Source of the DNA: Balamuthia mandrillaris
Taxonomy: Eukaryota
Assembly (NCBI GenBank): GCA_031835245.2
Contig: JAVKOQ020000053.1
Coordinates: 124,001-188,000, forward strand
Reading direction: 5' to 3'
DNA length: 64,000 nucleotides
Part shown: positions 1 to 11,267 of the stretch, piece after piece
Numbering within the stretch: the first letter of the stretch is position 1
How the letters are laid out: each line of letters begins with the position of its first letter
Made by a program: the position numbers and the translations under genes
Notes under the pieces: model-generated
Seen by the model: only the letters and a program-made list of their open reading frames with translations
Database searches by the model: none
Told to the model about the DNA's origin: nothing

Positions 1-2885
1 CCCATCTTAACAAGAAAGTGTTAGCCTAAACGCGACCCAGACGAAGAAACGAGCAAGAAGAACGAGGAAAAGAAGTCGAGCAATGGAGAAGAGAGACGAC
101 AAAAGACAGGGAAAGAAGCTACACTACCACTTTTTCTGTGCCGAAACTTTGAGGGGTAAAGCCAAGCTGAATTTGACCGTGCAGAACGCCTTGTAGTTTG
201 AACACTTTGATGGTTTCCTTGAACTTAGTGGGCCACTCTGGCTCAGGCGACAAGTCGGCATCTAGGTTGATAACGACCGTACCCAATCCTTCTTTTCGAG
301 CAAAGTCACGATCCTACGATTCATGAATAAACCATTAGACGAAGAACAATGGGGAAGTGAAGGGGAAGGAGAAGGGGAAGGAGGAGAAGAACATAAACAA
401 AAACACGAACAAAGAACCTACCCAAACCTCTACTACGATTTTGTCCACAACGGGCAAAAAGAAAATATCATTCCAAATGGGGCTCAGAGTCTTGTTGGGA
501 ATGAGATTGGTTACTTCTTTTCATTGCAGTAAGAAAAAAAAGCAAGAACTTACCTTCTTTTTGGTTTTAGTCTTGAAAATGCGATATCCAGCCCCTTTGA
601 TGCGACAAAAAGGGTCGCTGCTGCCATTACTGTCTGCTGCTATCAGGTTTGTCGCGCTGATAACTCTCAGCTTGACACATCGGTAGTCCATGCCTTCTTC
701 TTCCCTGTTCTCTTCTTGCTTCAACTGTTTGTCCAACACTCTTTGTTCATCTTTGAGCTCTTCATAGCCTGCTCCAAAGTTAAGAGGAGTAAAGCCTATT
801 TCAATCTGACCCGAAGCAACGCCGGTCAACTGGAACGCCTTCACAGCTTCTTTGTATTGAGTGGGGTAGTCGTTCACGTCTTTGAAAGATTCGGTAATGG
901 AAAGCGATATTTCACCCAAACGGTCAGCTGACCCTATGCGATTCCAATCCTTTTTTGTTTGATAAAACTACACTTAGAGGAAAAAGAGAAGCGAAATCAA
1001 AATAAGAAAGAAAGTGAAATACTTACGAAGACCTTTAACAAAATGCTATCTTTGGTGTGCACATTGAGCTCTTCGTTCCATTGAGGATCAAGGGTCTGAA
1101 CATTCATGGATGTTGTGTGAGTAAGGGTAGATAGAGGAGAGGAGAAAGAGAAAGGGAGAAACTTGAACCTTTTTGATAACTTTGGTGCTGTAGGTTTTTT
1201 GCTTGGCGAAGACCTTACAATAGGGATCGCTAAAACCATTCTTATCGCCTGCAACAAGTTCGCGTGCTCTAATGATTCTGACCTTAACTGCATAAATCTT
1301 GCTCTCATTTTCATCCTCCTCTTCGCTCTCGTCTTCATCATCCCAATCTCCAGTGCTTAGTGTTGACTCGTCTTTTTCATCTTCTTCTTGCTGCTCTTGT
1401 GTTATATTCTCCTGTGTGTGCTTTGCCTTCCTCTGCTTCTTCTTTTTCAGCTTCGTTTCCTTTCCGAAGCTGAGTGGAGTCACTCCTATTTCAAGACGAC
1501 CAGATTCAACGTCTTCCAGAGGAATAGTTGTAACCACTTCTTTGAGCTTTGTTGGGAACGAATGAAAGTCGGAGAAGGTAGTATTCAGATCAACAGTGAC
1601 TTGACCCAGAGGATCGTCCTTTGTAAAAAGATCCCAATCCTGTTTAGCAAACAACGGAATAAGAAAATGTGACACAGCAAAGAGGAGAATATAAAACAAG
1701 CGCATGAGGCTAGAAAATAGAAGTGATGGGTACCCAAGCTTCAATCTTAAAAGTGTTATCTTTAATGCAAACAGTAAACTCTTCTTCCCAAACAGGATCC
1801 AATGTCTGTTATCGAGTTTAAACAGTGAGTTCAATGCAAATAATAAAAAGAGGAGCACGTTGCTTCCTTGATACCTTCTTGATTATTCTAGTCTTGTGAG
1901 TTCTTCTTCCCCCAATTATCTTGCAGTAAGGATCGCTATAGCCATTTCTGTCTGCAGCTATCAGGTCCATTCCTTGAATGATCCGTACCTTTATCACTTT
2001 CTCGTCTTCTTTTGCTTCTTCTTCCTCGTCGTTCTCATCTCCCTCAGCTTCTTTTTTATCAGTAGGCTGCTCTTGTTTTTCCAGTCGCTTTTCTATCGGT
2101 ACTTCTGTTTGTTCTGTCTCCTTTTGCTTATCATTCACCTTCGCTACAGTATCTGCTTTCTCCTTCTCTTTGTCTTTGTTTGTTTCTTCTGCTTGTTCTT
2201 TTACGTTTGCTTTTTCATTCCTCATTTCTTCTATTCCTTTGTCTGTCGTCTGTCGTTGCTGTTGCTTCTTCTTCTTTTTGTTCTTCTTTCGGTTCCTGTT
2301 CTTTCGTTCTCTCTTCTTTCGCTGCGCCAAACTAGGGCCAAAGTTCAAAGGCGTGAAGCCTAGCTCGACTTTGCCATGAGCCACCCCTTCCAGGCAGAAA
2401 AGTTTTATGGTCTCCACTTCTTTGGTAGGAAACTTGTCGGCAGGGTCAAAGGAAGCTGCGAAGTCCACCACGACCGATCCCAAAGAGTCATCCTTTGTGA
2501 TGGCATCCCAGTCCCACACTCCTACTTCTATTTTTGAGTCTTCATCTCCTTTGTCTTCTTTTGTTAACACCACTTCAAAGACTTCATTCCAGACTGGGTT
2601 TAGTTCCTTTTGTTTTAAAAATAGAGTGAGAAGTGGAGCAGAAGAAAACAGAGAGGAAGGAAGGAAGAAAGAAAGAAAGAAGAAAAAGACGAAGGAGAAC
2701 AAGAAGAACGAAGAAGAACGTGAGCGAGAGCGGGAAAGAACCTTTTTAATAGTTTTGGTCTTGAGCCATTTTTTCTGGCCGTAGCGTCGAAGTTTACAGT
2801 AAGGGTCGCTGGTGCCACACTTGTCAGCAGCAACCAGGTCTATTCCGCGTATGACTCTCACTCGCAGTCGTTTTGCTTCCGCCAT
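1..2885 (-). CDS. Multi-C2-domain protein (at least 4 tandem C2 domains with charged linkers); spliced, appears to continue past the window start
   Basis: Four repeats of the C2 signature (RVIRGIDLVAADKCGTSDPYC, RIIQGMDLIAADRNGYSDPYC, RIIRARELVAGDKNGFSDPYC, RVISATNLIAADSNGSSDPFC), with downstream motifs such as LNPVWNE and WDWD..KDDxLG and each ending in G[FV]TPxxFG; ORF pieces are joined by GT-AG introns. Confidence 0.88.
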
Positions 2886-3376
2886 ACTTTTTTACAAGCA
2901 GGCGTTCCCCTCTTTTCCGCTTTGTGCTCGTCCCGTTCGCTTTTTTGTTTCACGAAACGACAGATTGGTAATATTACTTCCTGTTAGTAAGTTTTAACGG
3001 TCAGAGAAAAAACAAGAAACGAGGAGGAGGAAGAAGGAGGCAACAGACAAGAAGAATGTTCTGTGACATACCGGTTCGCTGCACAACCACACCGCTAAGT
3101 TTTCCAAAAGCCTTATCGGTGGAACTGAGTTGTTCCCCAGATCACCTTTATTGCTTTTGTGCTTATTTAGGAGCATTGCTTTTGTCATGACCATGCGTTT
3201 TATTGCTGTACACGTATAGTGCTTATCTGTAACGCAAGCAGCAGATCATTCAAAGAGTTACGTTTCAGTTACCTTTCAGCAAAAAAAAAAAAAAAAGCAA
3301 GGCGCTTGGTGTTGTTATTGGTGTTTGGTAGGAGAAGAAGGGAGAAGAAAAGTGCCAGAGGTTTGTGATGGGCGGT

Positions 3377-4203
3377 TTATCGTTGTTGCACCTGTTCCTG
3401 GTTGCGGATATCGGGGTCGGGATTGCCTTCTTGCTGCTTCTTCAGCTCCTTGTCAAGCATCCATGTGAGGGCCAGTAACAGCTGTGACCCAACAAACGCT
3501 CCCACCAACATCACGTAAAATGATGTTCGAGGGACTAAGCCGCACAGTCGTACAAGAGTGGATCAAAAAGTGTTTTTTTTTTTTTTGCAGTAAGAACATA
3601 GACCAGAGGAGAGGAGAGAAGAGAGGACATAGAAGCAGGAAAGAGGGAAGAGAGAAGAGTGGAGAAGTGAGAAAACATATTGAAGGAACGAGGGAGAGGG
3701 AGGGCGAAAGAACAAGTACTTGTGTCAATGGCGGCAGCAAGGCGAAGGGCGGAGCGCCGCAAGCGAGAGGGGGCCACTTGTGTTCTCTCGTTGATGTTTA
3801 GCCTGCGTCTCAGCTCTTCCGTTTCCTCACGCAGCTGTCGGTTCTCCTTTCTCAGCCACTCCAACTCGTGGCTGTCACTCGAGTGTGCAGCATTGATCGA
3901 GGAGGACGAGGAAGACGAGGAGGGAGGAGAAGAACAAAAGGCAGCTCTGCCAAGAGCAAAGGAGGGGCCCAGAGTGCCGCGGCTACGCGCCACGCCGCAG
4001 GACAGAGACCAGGCCCCTAGGGGCCAAAGCTTATTCTGTCTCTGTTGGGGCGCCCACAACAGGCCCGAGGAGGAGGAGGAGCATGCCGACTGTTTGGTGC
4101 CAAAGGCCCCCATGGGTACAACAACAGTGCCCGACAAACGAGAAACGCAGCGGCGTGGCACGGACAACAGCAGCAACGCTCCTTCTTGGTGGAGGAGGCT
4201 CAT
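3377..4203 (-). CDS. Hypothetical, probably mitochondrial, single-pass membrane protein (2 exons)
   Basis: Arg/Ser-rich, acid-poor N-terminus (MSLLHQ..RRCVSRLS..) and a short coiled coil (ELEWLRKENRQLREETEELRRRL). After an intron (~3716-3537), exon 2 reads IPRTSFYVMLVGAFVGSQLLLALTWMLDKELKKQQ...VQQR*, which contains one TM helix. Confidence 0.55.
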
Positions 4204-4485
4204 CTTTCTGTTTTTCTTTGTTATTCCCTGAATATAATAGGTTGGGTAGGGCCGCTTGTGAATTATGTCGACAGAAATAGGCCGATAGGAACCAGTGGGC
4301 ACAAGGATTGGTGCCTTTGTGTTTGGGTGGGGGTGAATGAATGGACTTGGGTAAAGTCCAAAAGATAAGCCTGCTCTCCTTGGGGCTCCCTTCTGCCGCC
4401 AAAAACAACCGTTACGTTCAAGCGGAAGATCTCCTCTTCCTCCGCCTTATCGTTGACACGTCAATCAGAAAAAAAAAAGGAAGCT

Positions 4486-4558
4486 CGCCAAGCGTGGGGC
4501 TCGAACCCACGACCACAAGATTAAGAGTCTTGCGCTCTACCGACTGAGCTAGCTCGGC
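4486..4558 (-). tRNA. trnK-CTT: tRNA-Lys(CTT)
   Basis: Reverse complement GCCGAGCTAGCTCAGTCGGTAGAGCGCAAGACTCTTAATCTTGTGGTCGTGGGTTCGAGCCCCACGCTTGGCG: 73-nt cloverleaf, anticodon loop CT-CTT-AA, T-loop GTTCGAG; followed by an oligo-T Pol III terminator (A-run 4469-4478 on +). Confidence 0.97.
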
Positions 4559-4623
4559 GCGTTGGAACGATTCTCCTCATTTTTAAGAGAAAAAGATTTA
4601 TCAACAAGCACAAAACAACGAAC

Positions 4624-6013
4624 ATGAAACGGAGAAGAGAGGCAAGGGAAGAGAGGCAAGTGCGCTTGGCTAGGCCACGAAGCGAACGGATCGGCCTTTC
4701 CTTGTTGGACCTTCCTCCAGAGCTTTTGTTGTTGATAGCGCAGCATGTGTTGGCCTCCCCCTCGGCCGCCATCGATCTGATCGAACTCAGCAAGACCTGC
4801 CATGCTTGCCGCTGCCTTGCCCTGCTGCCTTCCCTCTGGAAGCAACTCTGCAGGCGACAAATCGAAGAAGCAAAGGAGAGCGTGGAGGACGTACACGAGG
4901 ATGTTTCGTTCGTGGAGGATTCTCTCCGGAAAGCAGGTCGTTGGGCGCTGCTCTACCAGCGGCGTAGCGTCAGTCAAGCTTGGAGAGAAAAGGGTGGCAA
5001 CCATGCGCGTTCTTCTTGGCGCGCTAAAGTGCTTTGGCAGGGCAGTGGCTCTGTTCTGGACGCGCAAATGAGCGACAAGTTCTTGCTTCTCGCTTGTTCG
5101 GATGGCACCTTGCAAAGTACCTCCTCCTCTTCTCCCTCTCTTGGTCCTTCGCTCCTCTCCTCACATTGATCATCATTGATTGCAGTTGCCGAACGAAGCA
5201 CAAGCTCCGCCAGAAGAAATCACTGGAGAACGGAGAAGGAAGCGGAAACATGGAGAGGCAAATACACTTTTCGTAAGCATAGCGGAGCGGTGACGGCCGT
5301 ACAGTGGGACAGCAACCACCAGGTCATGCTCACAGGATCTCTCGACAAGACGCTCGCCTACTATAACCTGCAAAGCGGCCACGCTGAAGTTATTCTCCAT
5401 GGCAGCCCAATTCGCTGCCTCGCACTCAGCGCTTCTTCTTCTTGTTCTTCTTCTCCTTCTTCTTCTTCCTTCCCCATTTCATCAAGTACAATGGTGGTCG
5501 TGGGTAGCGACAACGGAGGTATTGACTACTATGACTTGCGCAAAGACTTGAGAAAAGTGGGTTACTTGGACGGTCATCAAGGCCGTGTCACATGCCTACA
5601 ATGCGATGTGAGGGGATGCGGTAACCTTGTACTCAGCGGCGGTGCTGATGGCATTGTAAAACTTTGGGACCTTCGAAGCAGCAGCGCAAGTGGAAGAAGA
5701 GATGTACTCCAGTTTAGAGGGCACACAGCCTCCATTTGTGGAGCCAGCCTCCATTTGGAGCACGCTATGGTGTCCGCAGCATCAACTGTGGGTAGCGCCA
5801 CTCCTGAGCTCTTTCTTTGGGATTCACGCATGGGCCAGAACACGGCAAGACAAAGTGGCATCTCCACCACAACCCCAACCAGCAAAAGTCTTGTCAAACG
5901 GTTGCAGGCAGAGGATATGAGAGCTCCGTTGTTGAGCCTATGGTGGGATGGCTTCCAGCTCTTCACAAGTGGTTTTGATAATTTGCTTCGGTACGTTTTC
6001 CTTCTTTCTTGTT

Positions 6014-6051
<38 letters not shown>

Positions 6052-6888
6052 CGTTCTTTTGTTGATGGCATGAGCAAAGGGTGTGGGATACTACAAGTAA
6101 GTGGGATTGTGTGGGAAGGATTGGACCTCATCTCGCTCCAGTTGTAAAAGTGGCGTCTGTCAGCAACGCTCTCAGCAGCAGCGATGGTCTCGTGGTGGCG
6201 TGCGTGGACGGTCGCATCATGCGCTGGTATCATCGTTCCTCTTCAGTTGTATGACTGATGGTTATTAAAAAAAAACGAAAAGGAACAGCAGCAAGAAGAT
6301 TTCACGTTCTCCTCCTTTCCTATGCACGCATGATGTGTGCTCGCCTCTCCGTGGCCCCAAACCTTTTGTAGCCCAGGATAGTCGTGCTCTGAACCAACAC
6401 GAGGCAAGCGGCAGCACCATGCATCCTTGCCGGTGAGAAAGCGGGGCAAGGCGGCAGGCACGGACCAACGGGATGGTGCGACGGAGAGGAAAGAGCAAGA
6501 TCAATTTGGCGAGGTGGGGGAGCGACGAGACCAAACAAACGAGGCAGCAGAGGTCAGGCAAGGTCCCTCCGACCAGACCGAGTGTCGCCCCTTCCAGTGC
6601 CGACACGAAAAGTGTGAGCGCTGTTTCATATCAAAGAGCTCAAGATCACAACACGAGAGGCTAAAGCACGTTCACTGCTCACCCGAAAGCTGTGGTCACT
6701 GCACTTACCTCACCAACAAGCAAGCGATAATGGACAGACGCGCACGCGCCACGGAGCAACAACAATCTTTGAGAGAGGCGAGAGAACCCTTGAGCGTTGT
6801 TTCACGACGACGCGGAAACGTCCGCAAAAAATCATTCTTCTCCAATAAAAAATCAGATCTTGACGTGAACTTCGTCGATCTTAGGTGA
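4624..6888 (+). CDS. F-box / WD40-repeat protein with C-terminal C2H2-like zinc finger(s); spliced
   Basis: F-box LLDLPPELLLLIAQHV...LWKQLC; WD40s (HSGAVTAVQWD..LTGSLDKT, GHQGRVTCL..LSGGADGIVKLWD, FTSGFDNLLRVWD); C-terminal PFQCRHEKCERCFISKSSRSQHERLKH. Confidence 0.8.
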
Positions 6889-7526
6889 ATTTTCTTCTCC
6901 ACGTAAAGTTTCATTCGAATTTTCTTCTACGGTAAAAAACGAAGATACCCATCCGTGAACTTTAAACCAACCTTGGTTTTTTTGGTGCGGGAGTTTGGAT
7001 CGGAGCGGAACTATTGTTCACCTTTTGTACCATCTGTTTCCCCGCTTTTTGTCCCCTTTCGAATTTTCCCCACCAATGCGAGATGCTCCATCCGAACAAA
7101 TAACGAGATGTCGAGTCCGCGGATAAAGAGGAATAAAAAAGGAGAGCGGAGAAGAATGGAGTTGAGGGCGGATGGGCCGGACCAATGAAGCTTCCAGGCG
7201 GGATGGCGGTTGGTGAACCAGATGCTATTTGGAAAGAAAACTGACCGTTACTGCTTGGCGCCTCTTCGCTCGGTAAGAAGTGCGCCAAAACGATATTTTT
7301 TTTATTTTGTAGTTTCAACTAGAAACGATACACACATCGAGTTCTACTCACACTGTGACTCTCCCCTCACACAACTGCTATCACTCTTACCAGCGACTGA
7401 TATTCTTTAAACCCGTTTCACGGACACCCCCTTATCCCTTGTTTTTTTGACTCTTTTGCTAATTCCTTTAACAAACAAAACACTCAAAGAAAAAACACGT
7501 AACCACAAAACAAACAAAAAAAAAAA

Positions 7527-8924
7527 ATGAACTTCTCCCACTCTCCTTCAATCGTTCAGGTTGGATCCGTCAAGGCGAAGGTTGCCTTTTGGGAAGCCAT
7601 GAGCCGCCAGGAACCAGAGCTGCCAGCCCCTCACCACCCTAGAGTTGCCGCCCTTCCAGTTGCTGCCGTCGCCGCCCCCGCCCCCCCCGCCGATAAACCA
7701 GAACCTTGCCCCAACCCCGCCATTGAACAACCCTCTGCCGCCCGAGTTGCCACCGAGACCTTGGAAGTTACCGCCGTTGCCGCCCTTTTGGAACTGGCAG
7801 ACCACAAGCACTGGACCATGAAGAACTTGGACAATGCCACGCCCGCTGCCCCTTTGGACGTGGAACTTGCCAAGCCCGCCGCCGTTTTGGACGACCACAA
7901 GATAACCCTGCCCGAAAGCAAGCCGGAAGTTGCCATCGACGCGTCCGCGATCCTTCCCCACGATCTCGAAGCGTGCAATGACCTCAGCCGAACGGACGTC
8001 ATCAAACTAGCGGATCAGACCTCCGATTATGATCTACAGCCACTCAACCTCAAGCTGGACCCCACCCCCCTGTCAACGCAGCATGAGGAACCTGCCCACC
8101 GTGAATGCGCCCCCGATGACGATGTGGATGCCCAAAAGCCAAGGAACCATCTACCACAAGTCAAGCCTCTCGCCAGTACCGCCGAACTCCATCAACCCAA
8201 GCAGTCAGATGTGCCCCTTACACTGCAACCACCACAGCCTCAAACGCTACCACCCTCCGAGCCACCCAAGATGCAGAAAAATCCGCAGGCCCAGAGGTCC
8301 ACCAAAGGCTGCGGTTGGAGCTGGGCTATGAAGGAGGCAAGGAGGGTCTTGCCCAATCCCCTCCGCGGAAAGCGCAACCGCCGCCTGAGACAGAACCTGG
8401 AAACGGAATTACCGCGGAACGTTGCAGCCGCCCTGAGTGTCCTCCAGCAGACCGACGTGCTACAAACCGAAGGAATCTTGCGACTATCAGGAAGAAAGAT
8501 CCGGATAAACCAGCTGCTCGCCATGGACGCTCGGAAACGACCCATCAAATGGAGCAAAGAGGACGTCCACGACATCACCGGATTCATTCTAAGCAAATAC
8601 CGCAAGGCATTCGAGGAAGGTATCATCCCTGAGAGTGTTTGGACCGCCGCAAGGAAGAAACCTGAGGACTTGGACTTGGACCCCGCAGAGGTATGGAGCC
8701 AATTGGACGACCGGAGTAGGACCTGGCTGAAAGAAATCTTGCAACTGGGTCGCGCCGTTGTGAGCAAGCAGGACCAGAACCGGATGAGCGCCGGCAACGT
8801 TGCAATGGTATTGTCCCCCTTGGCCTTGACATGGTGTTTTGAACCGATCCGCCACATGGAGCGCTTGCAACCTGCCCGTGAGCTCTTTTTGGATTGGTTG
8901 GACATGGTTCCGTGGGCTGCGTAG
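7527..8924 (+). CDS. Intronless, divergent RhoGAP-domain protein with long Pro/Ala-rich N-terminus
   Basis: 465-aa uninterrupted ORF after an A-rich leader. Arginine-finger motif LQTEGILRLSG, then EDVHDITGFIL and QDQNRMSAGNVAMVLSPL (cf. canonical NKMxxxNLAIVFGP). Confidence 0.8.
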   Translation: MNFSHSPSIVQVGSVKAKVAFWEAMSRQEPELPAPHHPRVAALPVAAVAAPAPPADKPEPCPNPAIEQPSAARVATETLEVTAVAALLELADHKHWTMKNLDNATPAAPLDVELAKPAAVLDDHKITLPESKPEVAIDASAILPHDLEACNDLSRTDVIKLADQTSDYDLQPLNLKLDPTPLSTQHEEPAHRECAPDDDVDAQKPRNHLPQVKPLASTAELHQPKQSDVPLTLQPPQPQTLPPSEPPKMQKNPQAQRSTKGCGWSWAMKEARRVLPNPLRGKRNRRLRQNLETELPRNVAAALSVLQQTDVLQTEGILRLSGRKIRINQLLAMDARKRPIKWSKEDVHDITGFILSKYRKAFEEGIIPESVWTAARKKPEDLDLDPAEVWSQLDDRSRTWLKEILQLGRAVVSKQDQNRMSAGNVAMVLSPLALTWCFEPIRHMERLQPARELFLDWLDMVPWAA

Positions 8925-9170
8925 ACTCTCTTCTCTCTCTTCCTCTCTCTCTCTTCCTCTCTCTCTCTGTCCTTCCGTCCGTCGACTGCAACTGAAACGG
9001 TAAGTATTTGAGGTGAAGGAGGCGGGGTTGGTTACATGCCTGGCTGCTGAGTCCTCGTCGATCTCTCTCTCTGTCTCTGTTTCTCTCGCTGTCTCTGTCT
9101 CTGTCGCTCTCTCTCTCTCTCTCTCTCTCTCTTTATATCATACAGGCATGGCCATCTTCGAACTTCAACA

Positions 9171-9449
9171 CCAACGCCTACGCTTTCTACATCTACCAAC
9201 GCCTACGATTTCTACATCTACCAACGCCTACGCCTTCTACATCTACCAACGCCTACGTTTTCTACATCTACCAACGCCTACGCTTTCTACGTCTACCAAC
9301 GCCTACGCTTGCTACGTCTACCAACGCCTACGATTTCTACATCTACCAACGCCTACGATTTCTACATCTACCAACGCCTACGATTTCTACATCTACCAAC
9401 GCCTACGTTTTCTACATCTACCAACGCCTACGCTTTCTACGTCTACCAA
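9171..9449 (+). repeat. 25-bp minisatellite, 11 tandem copies
   Basis: Unit CCAACGCCTACGNTTTCTAC(A/G)TCTA counted directly from 9171 to 9445, plus a partial CCAA. Confidence 0.95.
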
Positions 9450-9679
9450 AGTACTTCGGACAGACCCGAGCAGAGAACAACGGTTTGGTACGACTAGGTA
9501 TTTCACCTTTCTTTTTCTTCGCTTATTTTTCAGATATTCTTTCTTGTCGTTTCTTTCTTGTTGTTTCTTTCTTTCTATCTTTCCTCTTTCATTCCGTGGA
9601 TCACCACCGTCTAAGTTATCAGAACATCTTCCTCAGTCGTCTCCCAACTAACCCAACCCACTAACTCATTCTCTTTCTT

Positions 9680-9942
9680 GAGTTCCACTTCGCCTCCTCC
9701 ACCTCGAACCTCCCCCCCCCCTCTCTCCCTCCCCATTTGTTTGTTGGATACTAACTACACTTTTTTTCTTTGTTCTCGTTGTAACATCACTAACTCACTA
9801 TTTGTTTGTGTGTGTCCGTTGTATGTGGTCAATTGTGTTTGTTCGTTTCGTGAGTCAACTGCGCCTCCTCCACCTCGCACCTCCCCCTCCCTCCCCCCTC
9901 TCCCTCCCTCCCCATTTGTTTGTTGCAGACTAACTACACTTA
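9680..9942 (+). repeat. Imperfect direct duplication (~85 bp, 9680-9762 and 9852-9942)
   Basis: Both copies read GAGT..ACT.CGCCTCCTCCACCTCG.ACCTCCCCC...CCCCATTTGTTTGTTG...ACTAACTACACTT. Confidence 0.85.
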
Positions 9943-10011
9943 TTTTATTTTCTTTTCTTTGTTGTCTTTCTGCAGATAGAAGGGGTGGAGGAGGAGTGGA
10001 CTTTGGATTCT

Positions 10012-10110
10012 GGACTTGGATGCGGATGTGGATGTGGACGTGGATGTGGATGTGGACGTGGATGTGGACATGGATGTGGATGTGTGAATGTGGATGTGGA
10101 TGTGGACTTG
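10012..10110 (+). repeat. (GGATGT/GGACGT)n hexamer microsatellite
   Basis: Direct reading of tandem tggatg/tggacg units. Confidence 0.9.
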
Positions 10111-10133
10111 CCAGGCCGTAGCAACATCACTAA

Positions 10134-10164
<31 letters not shown>

Positions 10165-10397
10165 TTGTACAGTTCATTCCTGTTTTCAAGCCATGCCAAT
10201 GTGTCTACAGGGTACGCCTCCTCCTCATTTCTGCTCTTTCTCCTCTAGTCATTTACTTTCCGTTATAAGTCAAGAAACCTCAAGGTACGTCCCCTACCCC
10301 TTTTTCCTCTCTGTCTCTCTCTCCTTCTCTCTTTCCTCTTTGTTCCATCATTTATGTAAGCCAAGAAACTTCAAGGTAGGTCCCCTATCCCTTTTCC

Positions 10398-10437
<40 letters not shown>

Positions 10438-11267
10438 CTCTCCCTCTTCGTTCCATCGTTAAAGTATGCCGAGCCATTATGACTACAAGGTACGTCCCCT
10501 CCCATTCCCCCTCTGTCTCTCCTCTGATATCTCTGCTTTTGGGAACCTTCACCCCTTTTTCTTTTCCACCACCAACACAACTTTGTCCCATATAAATACT
10601 CAGCAGCAGCCGCCATGACGTCCCACAGAGAAAATAAGGTCATTTCCTATGCTTTTAAAGTTTTTTTGTCCGCATTTACGCCGTACTTTCTTTTTCTTTT
10701 GTTTGTTTGTGTTTCTGCCATGTAGGTCCTCCTCCACCCCACCCTCCCCCTTGCCCGCTGCCGGAACAACTTCCTTCCCTACGACCCTGCGCCTGCCCTC
10801 TGACAAGCTGGTCAACTATCCTCTCCGTCAGCCCAACAACTACCTACTACCTACTACCTACGACCCCGCCTGAACAACTATCAACTTCTCTTCGGCCTAC
10901 CAGCATCAACCAACCAACGACCAACGGAAAAAGTAATTGAACCAAAAGGTAATGCACAAAAAAAGAAAAGGTATTATTAATTGCCTTTCATGTCGTCATG
11001 CACCAGTACTAAATCGAAATTTCCATAACAATGACGACATGAATCCAATTCACCCCAAGACGACACGATTAAGTTCGACAGCCGCCCGATTAGCACAAGC
11101 CAAGCCACAGAAACAAACCAAGCAGACCTGACCACCCAACGAACACAAACCAACACTACTATTCCCGAACTCCCGCCAACACGACCGACATGATATGCCC
11201 GCTACAGCCATGGAACCAGACCAAGACAAGCACCAGAAACTCAATTCCTTTAATCCTACCAGCCCCG

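Noticed and set aside
9171..9449. CRISPR-like array
   Set aside because: Units are directly contiguous with no unique spacers, no cas genes are present, and the context is eukaryotic
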